From Eledone cirrhosa (Eukaryota): 64,000 nucleotides of DNA. A model generated the notes under the pieces. The model searched no databases, was not told where the DNA came from, and saw nothing but the letters and a program-made list of their open reading frames with translations. Where the stretch lies: the NCBI GenBank assembly GCA_964016885.1, contig OZ024743.1:84878001-84942000 (forward strand), read 5' to 3'. Both the position numbers and the translations under genes were made by a program. The number at the start of each line of letters is the position of its first letter. Position 1 is the first letter of the stretch. Shown piece after piece: positions 41,284 to 53,800 of the stretch.

Positions 41284-41404
41284 ACCATTCAGTGGAAGTA
41301 GAGTTGGCAGCCGGCACTCCATTTTAGTACAGCCACGCAATAAATTTTACTCCTCTGCTTCACACAAATCTGAAAAGATGAACACTTCTCTAAGACGGTA
41401 CCAG
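41284..41404 (+). CDS. DNAI4: DNAI4-like coding exon 2 (RPFSGSRVGSRHSILVQPRNKFYSSASHKSEKMNTSLRRYQ)
   Basis: TTCCAG acceptor, CAG|GTATGT donor, 121 nt open, phase 2 to 0. Confidence 0.75.
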
Positions 41405-42026
41405 GTATGTTGATGTTTCTTCTTCTTCTCCTCACCCCCCCTCTCTGTATATATACATAACTTTTCCATCTACCTCCCTTCTGATGACTGTATGCTGAAG
41501 CTGGTGCATTATTACACCAGCTCCAGCAATTCTTGTATCAAAGTCATGTGTTTAGAATGTCTAAGGAAAAAAATAACAGGACAAATTTACAGAATACCCA
41601 AGAATTTGGCGAGATTTAATAAAATAATCATATTGTTAAGCTGATCTTTAGAACATCCAAAGCAAAAATGTTTTTAAATAAGATAATGACGAAAGGTTTT
41701 TAGTTTCATATGAGCACTTTGAAATGTTAAAAAGGACAGCTTTATCTCAGAATCAAAGGCAGTTTCAGGCAGCTTAGTATCCCAAAAAATATAGCTTACT
41801 GTCAGGTCAAAATCTTTATAACAGCCCAATAACCTACAACAGAGAATTGAGTTGTTGTGCAAGAGGGTGTTCAATCCTATATCATGGCAGACATAGGCTA
41901 TTTAACTTAAACCACATTAAAACTAGGGAAGTATGCGCTGGAGCAGAGCAGCAGCCATTTTAGCAGGCAAATTGAGTGAGCATCTCGCTCAGTAAAGCTT
42001 TACAATCTTTACTTTGTTCTTTATAG

Positions 42027-42113
42027 GTGTTTGATGAAAACAATGTTGATGTAACTCCTCAAAGACTGTTGTCAGCGAAAAACAGTCATGTGATTGATGG
42101 GGACATGTTATCG
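42027..42113 (+). CDS. DNAI4: DNAI4-like coding exon 3 (VFDENNVDVTPQRLLSAKNSHVIDGDMLS)
   Basis: TTATAG acceptor, TCG|GTAAGA donor, 87 nt. VFDxxxxDVTP is the conserved N-terminal motif of WDR78/DNAI4. Confidence 0.88.
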
Positions 42114-42229
42114 GTAAGAAATTACTTTCGAAAGAACTCCTTTTTTGTATTTTGAGATCATTTTTCTAAAGCTCTCTTATGTTACACTTTGTGGGAATGT
42201 ATGGAAGCATTAACATTTCCTTACTACCT

Positions 42230-42925
42230 CTACATATGTGTGTCTTAATGATGAGCTAAGGAAGGTGGAGCTTCTACATACATATGTGTCTTAATGATGA
42301 GCTAAGGAAGGTGGAGCTTCTACATACATGTGTGTCTGTGTGAGAGAGACCCATTGAGAGAGGAACCTCTACAGTGAAGGAGTGATCTCTAATGAGTGTA
42401 TATCTGGTACATATATGTGTTTCTGTAAGAGATTGAGAGAGGGGCCTCACCATATATGTGAGTCTGTGTAAGAGATTGAGGGAGGGGCTTCCATATATGT
42501 GTGTAAGAGATTGGGGGAGTGGCCTCTCCATATATGTGAATCTGTGTAAGAGATTGAGGGAGGGGCCTCTACATATATGTGTCTGTGTAAGATATTGAGG
42601 GAGGGACCTACATGTATGTGTGTCTGTAAGATATAGAGGTAGGGGCTTTACATACATGTGTGTCTAAGAGATTGATGGAGGAGCCTCTATGTGTCTGTAA
42701 GAGAGTTAATGAGGAAGGGGCCTCTACATATATGTGTGCTTGTGTAAGCAATTGAGGGAGGGGCTTCTACATATGTGTGTGTCTGTGTGAGTGAGCCAAT
42801 GAAGGAGGAGCTTCTACAAAGAGGGAGGAGCCTCTGCAATTAGGAATATGCCTCTCCATACATGAGTGTCTGTGTGAGTGAGACAAAGAAGGACAGTCTT
42901 CTTATCCATGTGAGGGAGCCTTACA
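42230..42925. repeat. Minisatellite, unit about 45 bp (CTACATATATGTGTCTGTGTAAGAGATTGAGGGAGGGGCCT-like)
   Basis: Roughly 14 degenerate units in DNAI4 intron 3. Confidence 0.88.
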
Positions 42926-43008
42926 TACTATAACAACAGTTAATATACATACCTCTATACATGGTATAACAACACTTAATATGCCCATATTTGTACATCT
43001 CTTTCCAG

Positions 43009-43070
43009 CCTGTTGACAGTGTAATTGGTGTAATAACAGGCTCTTCAAATTTTAGCATTCCTTTCTCAAG
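43009..43070 (+). CDS. DNAI4: DNAI4-like coding exon 4 (PVDSVIGVITGSSNFSIPFS+AG)
   Basis: CTTTCCAG acceptor, AAG|GTAAGT donor, 62 nt, phase 0 to 2. Confidence 0.8.
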
Positions 43071-43364
43071 GTAAGTTCTCACTCTTACTTAAGCCTTAGT
43101 ATTCTTTTTTCATAGTAAAGTCTCATTCTCACTCAAACTTCAGTGTTCCTTTCTCAAGTTAAGTTCTCACGCTCACTCATATCTAAACTTACTCAGACTT
43201 AGTAATTAAGGATTTCCATTTCTCAAGTCTGCACCACCACCACCGCCACCATCACCACTACCATTTCACTCAGCATACTTCCTCTCCCTTCAAACTAAGT
43301 TTTTTTTTTTTAAAGAGCATCACTTAGATACAAAACATATTAATATTAGACATTTAACAGAGAT

Positions 43365-43560
43365 GGTGGATTGGTAGAATTGGTAGAATTGGTAGGGCGT
43401 TTGATAAAATATGGTGGTATATATTCTGGCTCTTAACATTTTGAGTTCAAATCCTGTTGAGGCCAACATTACATTTCATCGTTTTGGGGTCAGTAAAATA
43501 AAATAGCAGTCAAGTACTGGGTTCAGTACAATCCACTTTCCCTCCTCCCAAATTTGCTGG
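43365..43560 (+). mobile_element. SINE family 3 (further copies near 29790, 39730, 41000 and 58615)
   Basis: GAGTTCAAATCC B box and TTTCATC...AAAATAAA core. Confidence 0.7.
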
Positions 43561-43699
43561 GATTGTGATATATATAACATAAATGTGAACAGAACACATT
43601 ATTGAAGGAACCAATTATGTGCAGCATTTGTCGTTGTGATGCACGTGCAAGTTGCAGTCCAATGATGAAGAGGGTGATGAATTCTTGACTGTATGGATA

Positions 43700-44150
43700 G
43701 ATGCACATACACACACACATGCTCAGCTCACAGATGCACACGCGCACACATGTTCACAGATACACACACACATGCACACGCTCACAGATGCACACGTGCA
43801 CACATGTTCACAGATACACATGCTCACAGATACACACATACACACACATGCTCACAGATGCAGGTATGCACATGCACACATGCAGATGCTTACATATACA
43901 CTCACACATGCTCACAGATGCACACATACACACATATACTCATAGATGCACACATACACATACTCAGATGCACACACACATGCTCACACATGCCCATACT
44001 CTGACACATGCTCACACACATGCGCATATATATGCATGCATGCACATGCATACTCCCACATACACAAACACTTGTGTGTACACACACATTCATGCATGCA
44101 CAGATACTCAGGCACACATGCATGCACACCCTCACACACATTCACACACG
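43700..44150. repeat. CA-rich minisatellite (CACACATGCTCACAGATG)
   Basis: Direct inspection. Confidence 0.92.
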
Positions 44151-44363
44151 TTGCTCTGCCAGTTTTTCTTCAGATCTTCTATATCTTCAGCACTGGTCAC
44201 ATGGTACATGGGCAAATGTCGGTTGCCCCCGCCCCCCATCCCTACCTTACCCCTAATGCTCCTTTTAATCCTTTGTCTTTGATTTAACAAACTAAAAACA
44301 ATAAAACAAACCAAATCAATAATATCCTTCAATCAAGATTTGCTATCATTTCTCATTTTCCAG

Positions 44364-44434
44364 ATCTATATTCAATATGACTCATGATCGTGTTGAAGAT
44401 TATATTGAGTCTGAAATTGTTCCATCCTGGGAAG
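44364..44434 (+). CDS. DNAI4: DNAI4-like coding exon 5 (RSIFNMTHDRVEDYIESEIVPSWE+G)
   Basis: TTTTCCAG acceptor, AAG|GTAGTT donor, 71 nt, phase 2 to 1, compatible with both neighbours. Confidence 0.78.
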
Positions 44435-44467
44435 GTAGTTATTACTATTATTATTATTATTATTATT

Positions 44468-47400
44468 GAAGGTGAAGCCACGCTTCTTATCGCCTCCAGT
44501 TTTTTTCAACAGTTTACCTCGTTTTCAACTGTTCTAAACCTTTTATTCAAGTTTTATACTTGATAAAAGTTTAGAAGAAGTGACCCACCTAATACAGGGG
44601 TTCACTCGTAAATAATACGGCACCCCTTTACAGGGTGTTGTATTATGTAAAAATAATTGAAAAAAAAAAATTTTCTTTCAACATGGATAACACAAGAAAG
44701 AGAGAGAGCGCTGTCAGACAACACAGAGAGAGGGAGACTTTGTCAATCTATCAACAAGACAGCGTTCCAGCGAAGGTAAATTTAAAAGAAAATATTACAA
44801 AGGAAAAGCGGAACAATATCATTTTTAATGATATTGTTACAGATTTAAAATTACCAAATATTTCTAACACAAACAACACCAACAATAACACCAACAACAA
44901 CACCATCAATAACAACAGCAACAACAAAAATAACAGCGGTAAGGTCGTGAACGACAATAACAATGACAATAACAACAGCCACAACAACAATAATAGTAGG
45001 AACAGTATCAACAAAAACAACAATAATAACAGCAATAACAGTACCAACAAAAACGTCAACAATGACATCGATACCTGTAACAGCGATCTCAGCACCACCA
45101 GCAAGACCCGTAGTGGCAGCAATAGTGGTGCCCGAAATATCGAAACAGTGTTAGTCACAGAGGAGGAGATAGCAGTCACAAGGGCCATGGGGACAAGAAA
45201 CGCCAATAGAGTTTCCCTGAAACCTCCACCCGATTTTTTCAAGGACCAGCAGCTACGCACGGTGACTTACTGCACTGTAAGCAAAATGTCACATCGGGTG
45301 GAGAGAGCCATGGAGGCTCAAATCCAAAAGGCCTTGAGGTGTGTCTGGGCGCGCAAAACCCTTATCACCCAAGGCACAAAGTACGCCACAGTAGACGTAC
45401 TTTTCGCCACCCCCCAAGAAGCGAAGTCTCACTCTTTGGAAACCCAAAAGAGTGAGGAGATAGTCTTGGTGCCCTCCTACTGTAGGCAGAAAATTGTGAG
45501 GGTCAAAGTGACCCAGGTCCCACTCGATGTGCCCCATACCTTGGCTGGCCGCGTCTGTCCTTGCTGGAATCGAGGACAGGACGACCATGCTGCAAGTAGA
45601 GAGAATAGGGAGAGAGAACTGGTCAAGTATAAGCATGCAAATGCTTATACAAACTGAACAGGAGTGTATCGACGTTATCCCCAATATCAAAGACCTCGAG
45701 GAAGGACTCCAACTCCCTATAAGCGTGGAAGGAAGACGGCCAAAATGTTATCTCTGTGAGTCAAAGGGTCACCTCAGGGCCTTTTGCTCGCAGAAGACAG
45801 CGAAGAAGAAGGCCCCATCCTCTTCCAATACCTGGTCCGCTGCTATCAAGAGCAGGGCAGGCAACAAATGCAGAAGCCCCTTCCACGGTGAGTAGGAGGG
45901 CAACGTCCGTGGCACCCGTACCAAGGCCACGGACAATTAAAGCTGCAGCATCAGTGGTGGCAACACCAGTAGCTACATTTGCAGAAGCTGCACCAGCAAC
46001 AGCCGTGGAGCACATACCCCTCCTAGACGCCACGGAATCCGACATGGAGTCTGAGGTGGGAGTGAAGTGGCAAACAGTCTCCCACAAAAAAGAAAAAAGA
46101 AAAAAACCCATAGCTTCACCCTCCAAAATCGAAGGCACACAAAGAGGGGTAAAGGCTGCAAGGAGACTTGCAGTAACACCACCACCATCACCATCACCAC
46201 CACCAACAACAACCACACCACCACCAGCTTCACCCACACCACCACCAGCATCACCAAAAACACCAACAACACAAACACACACACCCAACAGCAACAAGAA
46301 GAAAACAGCAACAAAATCACCCCTCCCCACAAAAAGAACACAGCCATAAACATGGCAAATAAAGAACTCATACAACATATAAAGCAGCACACAGACATCA
46401 CAGAAAAACTTCTACACCCCACCAACACCAAGAACTCTCCCGACAAACATAAGCATCATTGAAATTAAAATAGAACAGTACAAACTTATAAAATAAAAAT
46501 TCCCCAACGCAGTTGGAGACTTAAGAGGATCGGTTACCAAGAGGTTATACACTGACATCCTCTTGGAAACACCCATGACCAGCCAAAGGGACAGTTCTAC
46601 TGTCCTTTCACCACACGATCAAGGTAAGTGACCTTTTCTCACTTGCCCCGTTTCTCATCCAACATGGCCGTACTTAGAATAGGCAGTATAAATGCACGTG
46701 GCCTGGGGTCATCTTGGCAGCAGGGTCACCTGCTCAACGATCTCAGGTCACTAAACATAGATGTGGTGGCCATCAACGAGACCAGAATCTCCGAAGCACA
46801 AACTTTCACACTGATCTTCGGCGGCTACGATATATACGCATCTCCCAGCCGTCCAGGATCAGGGGGAGGGGTTGCCGTCCTTTTTCGGAGAGGCTTGGAT
46901 CTTGCCATACGGGCCATCTTCCTGGACCCAGAAGGTAAGTCGGTTGTGCTGGACGTGACCAGCAGCGAAGGCAATACTTTCAGGCTAGTAGCCGTCTACG
47001 CCCCAACTGGGGCAGGACAGCCAGATTTCTTCAGACGTCTGGAGACCTTTCTTGGAACGTCCCGCTCTTTAGTGTTAGTGGGCGACTGGAACGGTATCTT
47101 AGATGCATGCTGGGATTGTGTGGGGCTAGTGGATAGGGGAGGAGGGTACAAGAGCCTCACCAACCTGCTCAGACGTTTTGAACTGTTTGACAGGTATCGA
47201 CTGGATCACCCGAATGTGCCAATGTGGACATGGACAAACTGCATCGGGTCATCCAGATCGTATCTCGATAGGGTATTCTGTTGTCCACAATTTAAAATAG
47301 TCGACTATACAGACCACAAATTTGTGATCTGTGAGATCGACATAGACAGACTTCATAGACAAGGACCCAGTTACTGGAAGCTGAATGCGTCTTTCCCGGT

Positions 47401-49974
47401 GCGCAAAGCCTACAGAGACCTGATTAGCGTATTAGTTAAGCGGGCGTTGACGGGAGCGGTCGTCAACAACAGGTGGTGGTTCGCCCTGAAAAGGGCAATT
47501 AAAGTAGAGACAATTAGGTTTAGCAAAGGACTAGTGATAGAGGAAAATAGAGTAGAGGGAGAACTAGTCAGAAAGCTAGAAGAGGCGTTTAGGACAGGCA
47601 TCGCAACCGACGTACTTGCAGCGAGATTGGCACTCGACCAATTCTTCAATGCAACACACGAGGGGACAAAAGCCGTCAAATGGGCCCGGGTGGCACAGGC
47701 GCAGCGTGGCGACAAAAGCCACAATTTGGTCTTTGTCTGACCAAAACGGGCGCGTGTTGCTCGAACCCGAGCAGATGTGTGAGGCTTTTCAGCAGCACTT
47801 CGCTGAACTGTTCGGGTGCAGCGGCGGGCCGGATCGGGGCATGGACTTCAGTGCATACCTCGACGAACTGCCTCGGCTCTCGACAACTACAGCACAGTGT
47901 TGCGAAAAGCCAATAACATCCGGTGAAATATGGGAAGCGATAGCTAACTGCACGAGGGGTAAATCGCCAGGTTTGGATGGTCTGCCCTATGAGCTTTATG
48001 CATTTATGCCAGACTTGTTCGGTGACCTCTTGGCAGACGTCTACTGCAACTGGCAGCAGAACGGGAGCATTCCCAGTTTTGTGAGCCATGGTGCGGTGGC
48101 GCTGCTGAGAAAAGACCCGAACAAGGGGGATGTTATCGATAACTTCAGGCCCATAACCCTGCTAAACGCAGAGTTCAAGATTTTGGCCAAGGTGTTAGCA
48201 ATGAGGTTGGCACTTGTTGTCGAGGGTCTGATGGGAGAGGCGCAGACATGCGCCATTCCGGACAGATCCATAAACGACAATCTGCACATCATGCGATACA
48301 TCGTAGAGAGGGTGGTTAAGGAACCTGGCACGGGTGGGGCCCTGATCAACTTGGATCAATCCAAAGCATTCGATAGGGTCGACATCGGTACCTGGCGGCG
48401 GTACTCGAGGCAGCCGGTTTCGGGCCCGTTTTCAGGGTTTGGATCGCTGCGGTGTACAGCGACATCTGCTCAGTTGTGAGGGTGAACGGTCACCTGTCAC
48501 AGCCATTCAGCATCATGCGCTCGGTCCGCCAGGGTTGTCCCCTCTCGTCACTTTTGTATGTATTGGCTCTCGAGCCGTTATTGCACAAACTGGGGGCCAT
48601 GAGGGGCGTCCCACGCGAACTAGGATGCATGGTGGTGTCGAGCATCAGACATGTCCAGATGCTCGGCACCGCTCTCAAGGAATACGAAGCGGTGACAGGG
48701 GCAAAGATAAACCAGGAAAAGTTAGTGGGCTTGCAGCTCGGCACCTGGAGAGGCAAGCCCATGCCGTCCGACAGCATTGTGGGGCGTTGGACGGACGGAC
48801 CGGTTAAATTGCTCGGGGTCTGGCTTGGACCGGACCTCCACATGGAGAAAAACTGGAGGTGGCGAGCAGGGTTGCCTCCCTCACCCAGAAATGGGCCGAG
48901 AGGAAGCTGTCCCTGAAAGGCCGGGCGGAGGTGGCGAATGCGTACATCACATCCGTCATCTGCTACCGCCTCACCGTCATCTCTTGCCCCGGCCAAACTC
49001 TCACCAAAATGGAGCGCCTGTGGAAGGGACGCGCCCCGATGGTCAGACGATCCATCTGCTGTCAACACCCGTTGCGTGGAGGACTGGGCATGTCATGGCT
49101 GATGATGCGCAAACATGCGCTGAGGCTGCGACATCTCTGGTGCTTCCTTGACGGTGAACAGGTGTGGTCGCCGTTCGCCAGGCACGTTTTCCCACAGCTC
49201 GTCCCCTTGACAGAGCTGTAGTCCTGGGTCAGGAAAAGACCGAGGGATAGCGCTTGAAAACGGAAATGTATCCAGGCACTCTCTGCCAGCTGGGCACCAG
49301 TATCGGTGGAACATCCATCTCGGCGTTCTATAGAAGACTAGTGGAGGAGAAAACCGACGACGTTCTTGGAGAGATTCTGCGTGTCGAAGAAGATCAGCTG
49401 TTTGCTATCTTCCGGAGAACTTTCAGCCCAGGGCCTATAGATAACTTCCAAAAATCCCTGGCCTGGCAGTGTTACCGAGGAGTGTTGCCGGTTTCAGATA
49501 AGCTCTACAGGCATGGAAGTGCCATCAGCCGAGCCTGTCCGAGATGCACGCAGAGCGACAAAACCGTCGTGCACGCACTCGTTCAGTGTCCGAGCATTGC
49601 TGACTTGTGGAGCTATGTCGAACGGTTGCTGTCGCGTGTAGGACTGATCCGGTTATCGACTGAGTCCATTGTGCAGATGGTCTCGCCGTCTTCCTTCGAG
49701 GAGGAAGGGCAGGCGGTTTTCATCTGCCTGGTGGCCATGGCGAAAGAGATTGTGTGGTGGACAAGGTTGAAAAGGGTTAAAGACAGACACTTTCCTCTTC
49801 GGCGAATCCCTAATTAACTTTTTCAAGTTTCACTTGAAGAGGAAAATCACGGTGTAGAGGCAAGTGCTGCCTCTAGCAAGTTTGTTGAAAGGTGGGTAAA
49901 TGTAACGAGAATGGTCCAAGTGAATGGGATCACTCTGAATATACGCCTGTAGTTTGAGGAATGGAAAAATTGAG
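44468..49974 (+). mobile_element. Tx1-clade (L1 group) LINE copy A, near full length, frameshifted
   Basis: ORF1 about 44683-46631 (Asn-rich N-terminus, CYLCESKGHLRAFC knuckle, Pro-rich tail). ORF2 46664-49952 (APE motifs INARGL, VYAP, GDWN, SYLDR, TDH; RT motifs KSPGLDGL, FRPITLLN, DQSKAFDRV, VRQGCPLS; C-terminal CPRC). Confidence 0.93.
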
Positions 49975-50814
49975 AGAGGATTAGTGGAGGGGAAGAGCGA
50001 CGACGTACTTGGGGAAACCCTAGGCGTCGACGAAAATCAACTAGCCAATCTCTTTGGAAGAACTTTCGGGCCGGGGCCTATGGACAACTTCCAGAAATCC
50101 CTGGCCTGGCAGTGCTACCGAGGAGCTTTGCCAGTTTGGGATAAACTCTTCAGGCCTGGAGGTGCAGTCAGCCGGGCATGTCCGAGATGTGTGCAGGGCG
50201 ACGAAACCGTCCTGCACACACTCGTCCAGTGTCCGAGCATTGCTGACTTGTCGGTTTATGTCGAACACCTGCTGTTGCGTGAAGGACGGATCCAGCTATC
50301 AGCTGAGTCCATCTTGAGGATTGCCCTGCCCTCTTCCTTTAGCCGGGAAGGGCAGGCAGTTTTTATCTGTCTGGTGGCCATGGCGAAAGACATAGTATGG
50401 TGAACATGTTTGAAAGGGCTGAAGACGATCACTTACCTCTTCGGTGATGCCCTGATCAACTTTTTCAAATTTCATTTGAAAAGGAAAATCACGGTAGAGA
50501 GGGAAGTGCTCTCTTCCCAGCATTTTGTTGAAAGATGGGTGAGAGAGACAAGAATGGCTTGAGTGAATGGGCCTACTCTGAGTATGTGTCTGTAAAAAAT
50601 TAAGGGTGGAAAACTGGGAGAGGGCACTTTCCCTGGTGGTCAGGGTCACTGTGGCTTTTTAATGGGCTTTCTCCACGAATGTCCCTCGGAAGTCTCCCCC
50701 GTATTGGGGAATTTTTCATTGTTATTTTTTGTTACATCCTCTGTTTTTGTTTTTTACACACAGAAATGTATTGTCCTGTAATGTCCTTAATGTCTACTTT
50801 ATGTAAACCCTTGT
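49975..50814 (+). mobile_element. Tx1 copy B', 3' fragment
   Basis: Closely similar to 55424-56240; lacks the last 15 or so nt. Confidence 0.92.
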
Positions 50815-53800
50815 TTCCAAGATAGTTTCCAAGAGCACGTGCAAAACGTGGAACATTTCTCCACGACGACGACAACGACGAAAAATGTGTGCTGTAAATA
50901 GGGAAAGCCATTTCATTCGTCTGACGTCATGAATAATAGCAGTAGCAGCCGTAATAACAGCAGCAGCAGCAACAGTGACAAGGAAAACAAACAGTAGCAG
51001 CCACAACAGCATCAGCAGCAGCATAAACAACAACAATTAGCAGCAACAGCAACAACAAAAGTAACAGCAGCTCTGACGACAACAACAACAACAACAAAGA
51101 AAAACCAATCTCGTTTGCAGGTATCGCAAAGAACCTGGAAACCATCCTTATAACAAATGAGGAATTACAGGAAGCAAAGAAGATGGTGACGAAAACCGGA
51201 CACCGAGCAATCTGCAAGGCAGGCGAAAAATTTTTCGAAACCCAACAGCACTGTACGGTCATGTACCGTACAGTAAGCACAAAATCCCGTAGGGTTGAAA
51301 GAGCCACAGAGGCTCAAATACAAAAAGCCTTAGGGTCTGTGTGGCAGCGGAAAACGTATATCACCCGAGGCAAGAAATATGCCACCGTGGACGTGCTTTT
51401 TGCCACACCCCAAGAGGCAAAGGCTCAATCCTTAGTAACCCTAAGGAGCGAGGAAATGGTGTTGGTGCCCTCCTACTGCGGACAAAAAATTGTGAGGGTC
51501 AAACTGAACCACGTCCCCCCTGGGATGGCTCCTTCTTGGCTAGACGTGTCTGTCCTCGTCGGAATCAAGGACAAAACAACTGTACTGCAAGTACAGAAAA
51601 AAGTACGAGAAGATTGGATTGGCACCTCCATTGAGATGTTAATCCAAACCAACCAGGAATGCATCGAAGCTATCCCGGATGTGATAGACTTCGATAACGG
51701 CACTCAACTGCCCATAAGTGTTGAGGGCAAACGCGCCGAAATGCTTTTGCTGTGGATTGAAGACTCACCTCAGGGCCTTCTGCAATGAAAAGACCCCGAG
51801 AAAGGGGAAAACCCCCCTTCTTCCGAAACCGGCTCCACTGCTACCAGCAACAGGACAGGCGGCAACCAGGAAGGATAGGTCTGTAGCACCCATACCCACG
51901 CCACCGAAATCAAGAACAGCAGCAGCAGTGGAAGTATTAACAACAACAACAGCAATACCAAGAGACTCCACTGCAAACATCACCAAGAAGAACAAGTGAA
52001 AGAGTGGAGCTGGTACCCCTACCCGACCTCACAGAATTGGACATGGAGTGTGAGGTGGGAGAGGGATGGCAAAAGGTCACAAGAAGGCACAAACGCAGAA
52101 GCAGTGCATCGTCACCTTCGAAAAGGGAGGAAAGAAATGAAAAAAGGGTAAAGGCTACTGCAAAGAGACTTACAGCAGAAACACCACCAACACCATCACC
52201 ACCCACACTAGCACCACCATCACCACCGGCGGCAACCCCACCACAAACATCAACACCTTCAACACCACCACCACAAGCACCAACATTGCAAACACAAAAA
52301 CAAAACACACACACCCTGCAACAACGACAGGAAAATAGCAGAACCACACCCCACCCCCAGAAAAACAAATGCACAGCAATAAATACACACAACAAGAAAC
52401 TAATGACTTACATAATTGAACACACAGACATTTCACAGCACGGCTACATAATACCAGCACCAATCAAAACACCAACGAACATAAGACTGGTAAGAATAGC
52501 ACAGAAGCAATACACAAACATTGAAACGAAATTCCCCAACGCAGTTGGTGATTTCAGAGACCTAGGAGGGACACTCAACCGGAGAATATATTCGGATATA
52601 CTCACAGAAGAGCCGGCGACCAGCCGAAGGGACGATTCAACGGTCCCTTCATCAGACGATCAAGTGAAAAGGGATGGAGAAACCATCCTTCCTCTACGAG
52701 AAGTAAGGTAAGTGGTCTTTCCCATCTTTTCCACTCCATTTCAACATGACCTCACTCATAATAGGCAGCATAAATGCGCGTAGCTTGGGGTCGTCATGGA
52801 AGCAGGGCCACCTACTGAACGACCTCAGGTCACTAAACATAGATGTAGTGGCCATCAGCGAGACCAGAATCTCCGAAGCACGGGCCTTTGCACCGATCTT
52901 CGGCGGCTACGATGTGTACGCATCTCTCAGCCGTCCTGGATCGGGGGGAGGAGTTGCTGTGCTTTTACGGAGAGGTTTGGATCTCGCCATTCGGGCCATC
53001 TTCCGGCGTCTGGAGACCTTTCTAGGAACGTCCCGCTCTTTAGTGTTAGTGGGCGACTGGAACGGGATCTTAGATGCATGCTGGGACTGTGTGGGATTAG
53101 CGGATAGGGCAAGAGGGTGCAAGAGCCTCACCAACCTGCTCAGGCGTTTTGAACTGTCTGACAGGTACCGATTGGATTTCCCGAATGTGCCAATGTGGAC
53201 TTGGACAAATCGCATCGGGTCATCCAGATCATATCTAGATAGAGTATTTTGTAGGGAAATAGATAGTTCTAGCATAGGCTGTCCACAATTAAAGATAGTC
53301 AGCTACACTGACCACAAATTCGTGATCTGTGGGCTTGACTTAGATAGGCTTCATAGACGAGGATCCGGCTACTGGAAGCTAAACGTGTCCTTACCAGTGC
53401 GCAAGGCCTACAGAGACCGGATTAGTGAACTAGTTAAGCGGGCGTTGACGGGGACCATCGTCAACAACAAGTGGTGGTTTGCTCTGAAAAGAGCGATTAG
53501 AATAGAGTCCATTAGGTTTAGTAAGGCTTTAGCAATAGAGAAAAATAGAGCAGAGGGAGAACTAGTTAGAAAATTAGACGAGGCGCTTAGCAAAGGCATC
53601 GCGACCGACGTACTTGCGGCAAAATTGGCCCTTGACCAATTCTTCAATGCAAAGTACAAAGGCTGCGTTGTCAGAGCTAGGGTGCGTGCTCTCAGACACG
53701 AGGTGCTCTCAGACACGAGGGGACGAAAGCCGTTCAATGGGCCCGAGTGGCGGAGGCGCGTCGTGGCAACAAAGCCACGATCCGGTCTTTGGTGGACCAC

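Noticed and set aside
43652-44287. His/Thr-rich ORFs
   Set aside because: Translations of the CA minisatellite in a DNAI4 intron.
44751-46446. Long antisense ORFs over Tx1 ORF1
   Set aside because: Shadow frames of AC-rich low-complexity sequence with no recognisable motifs.
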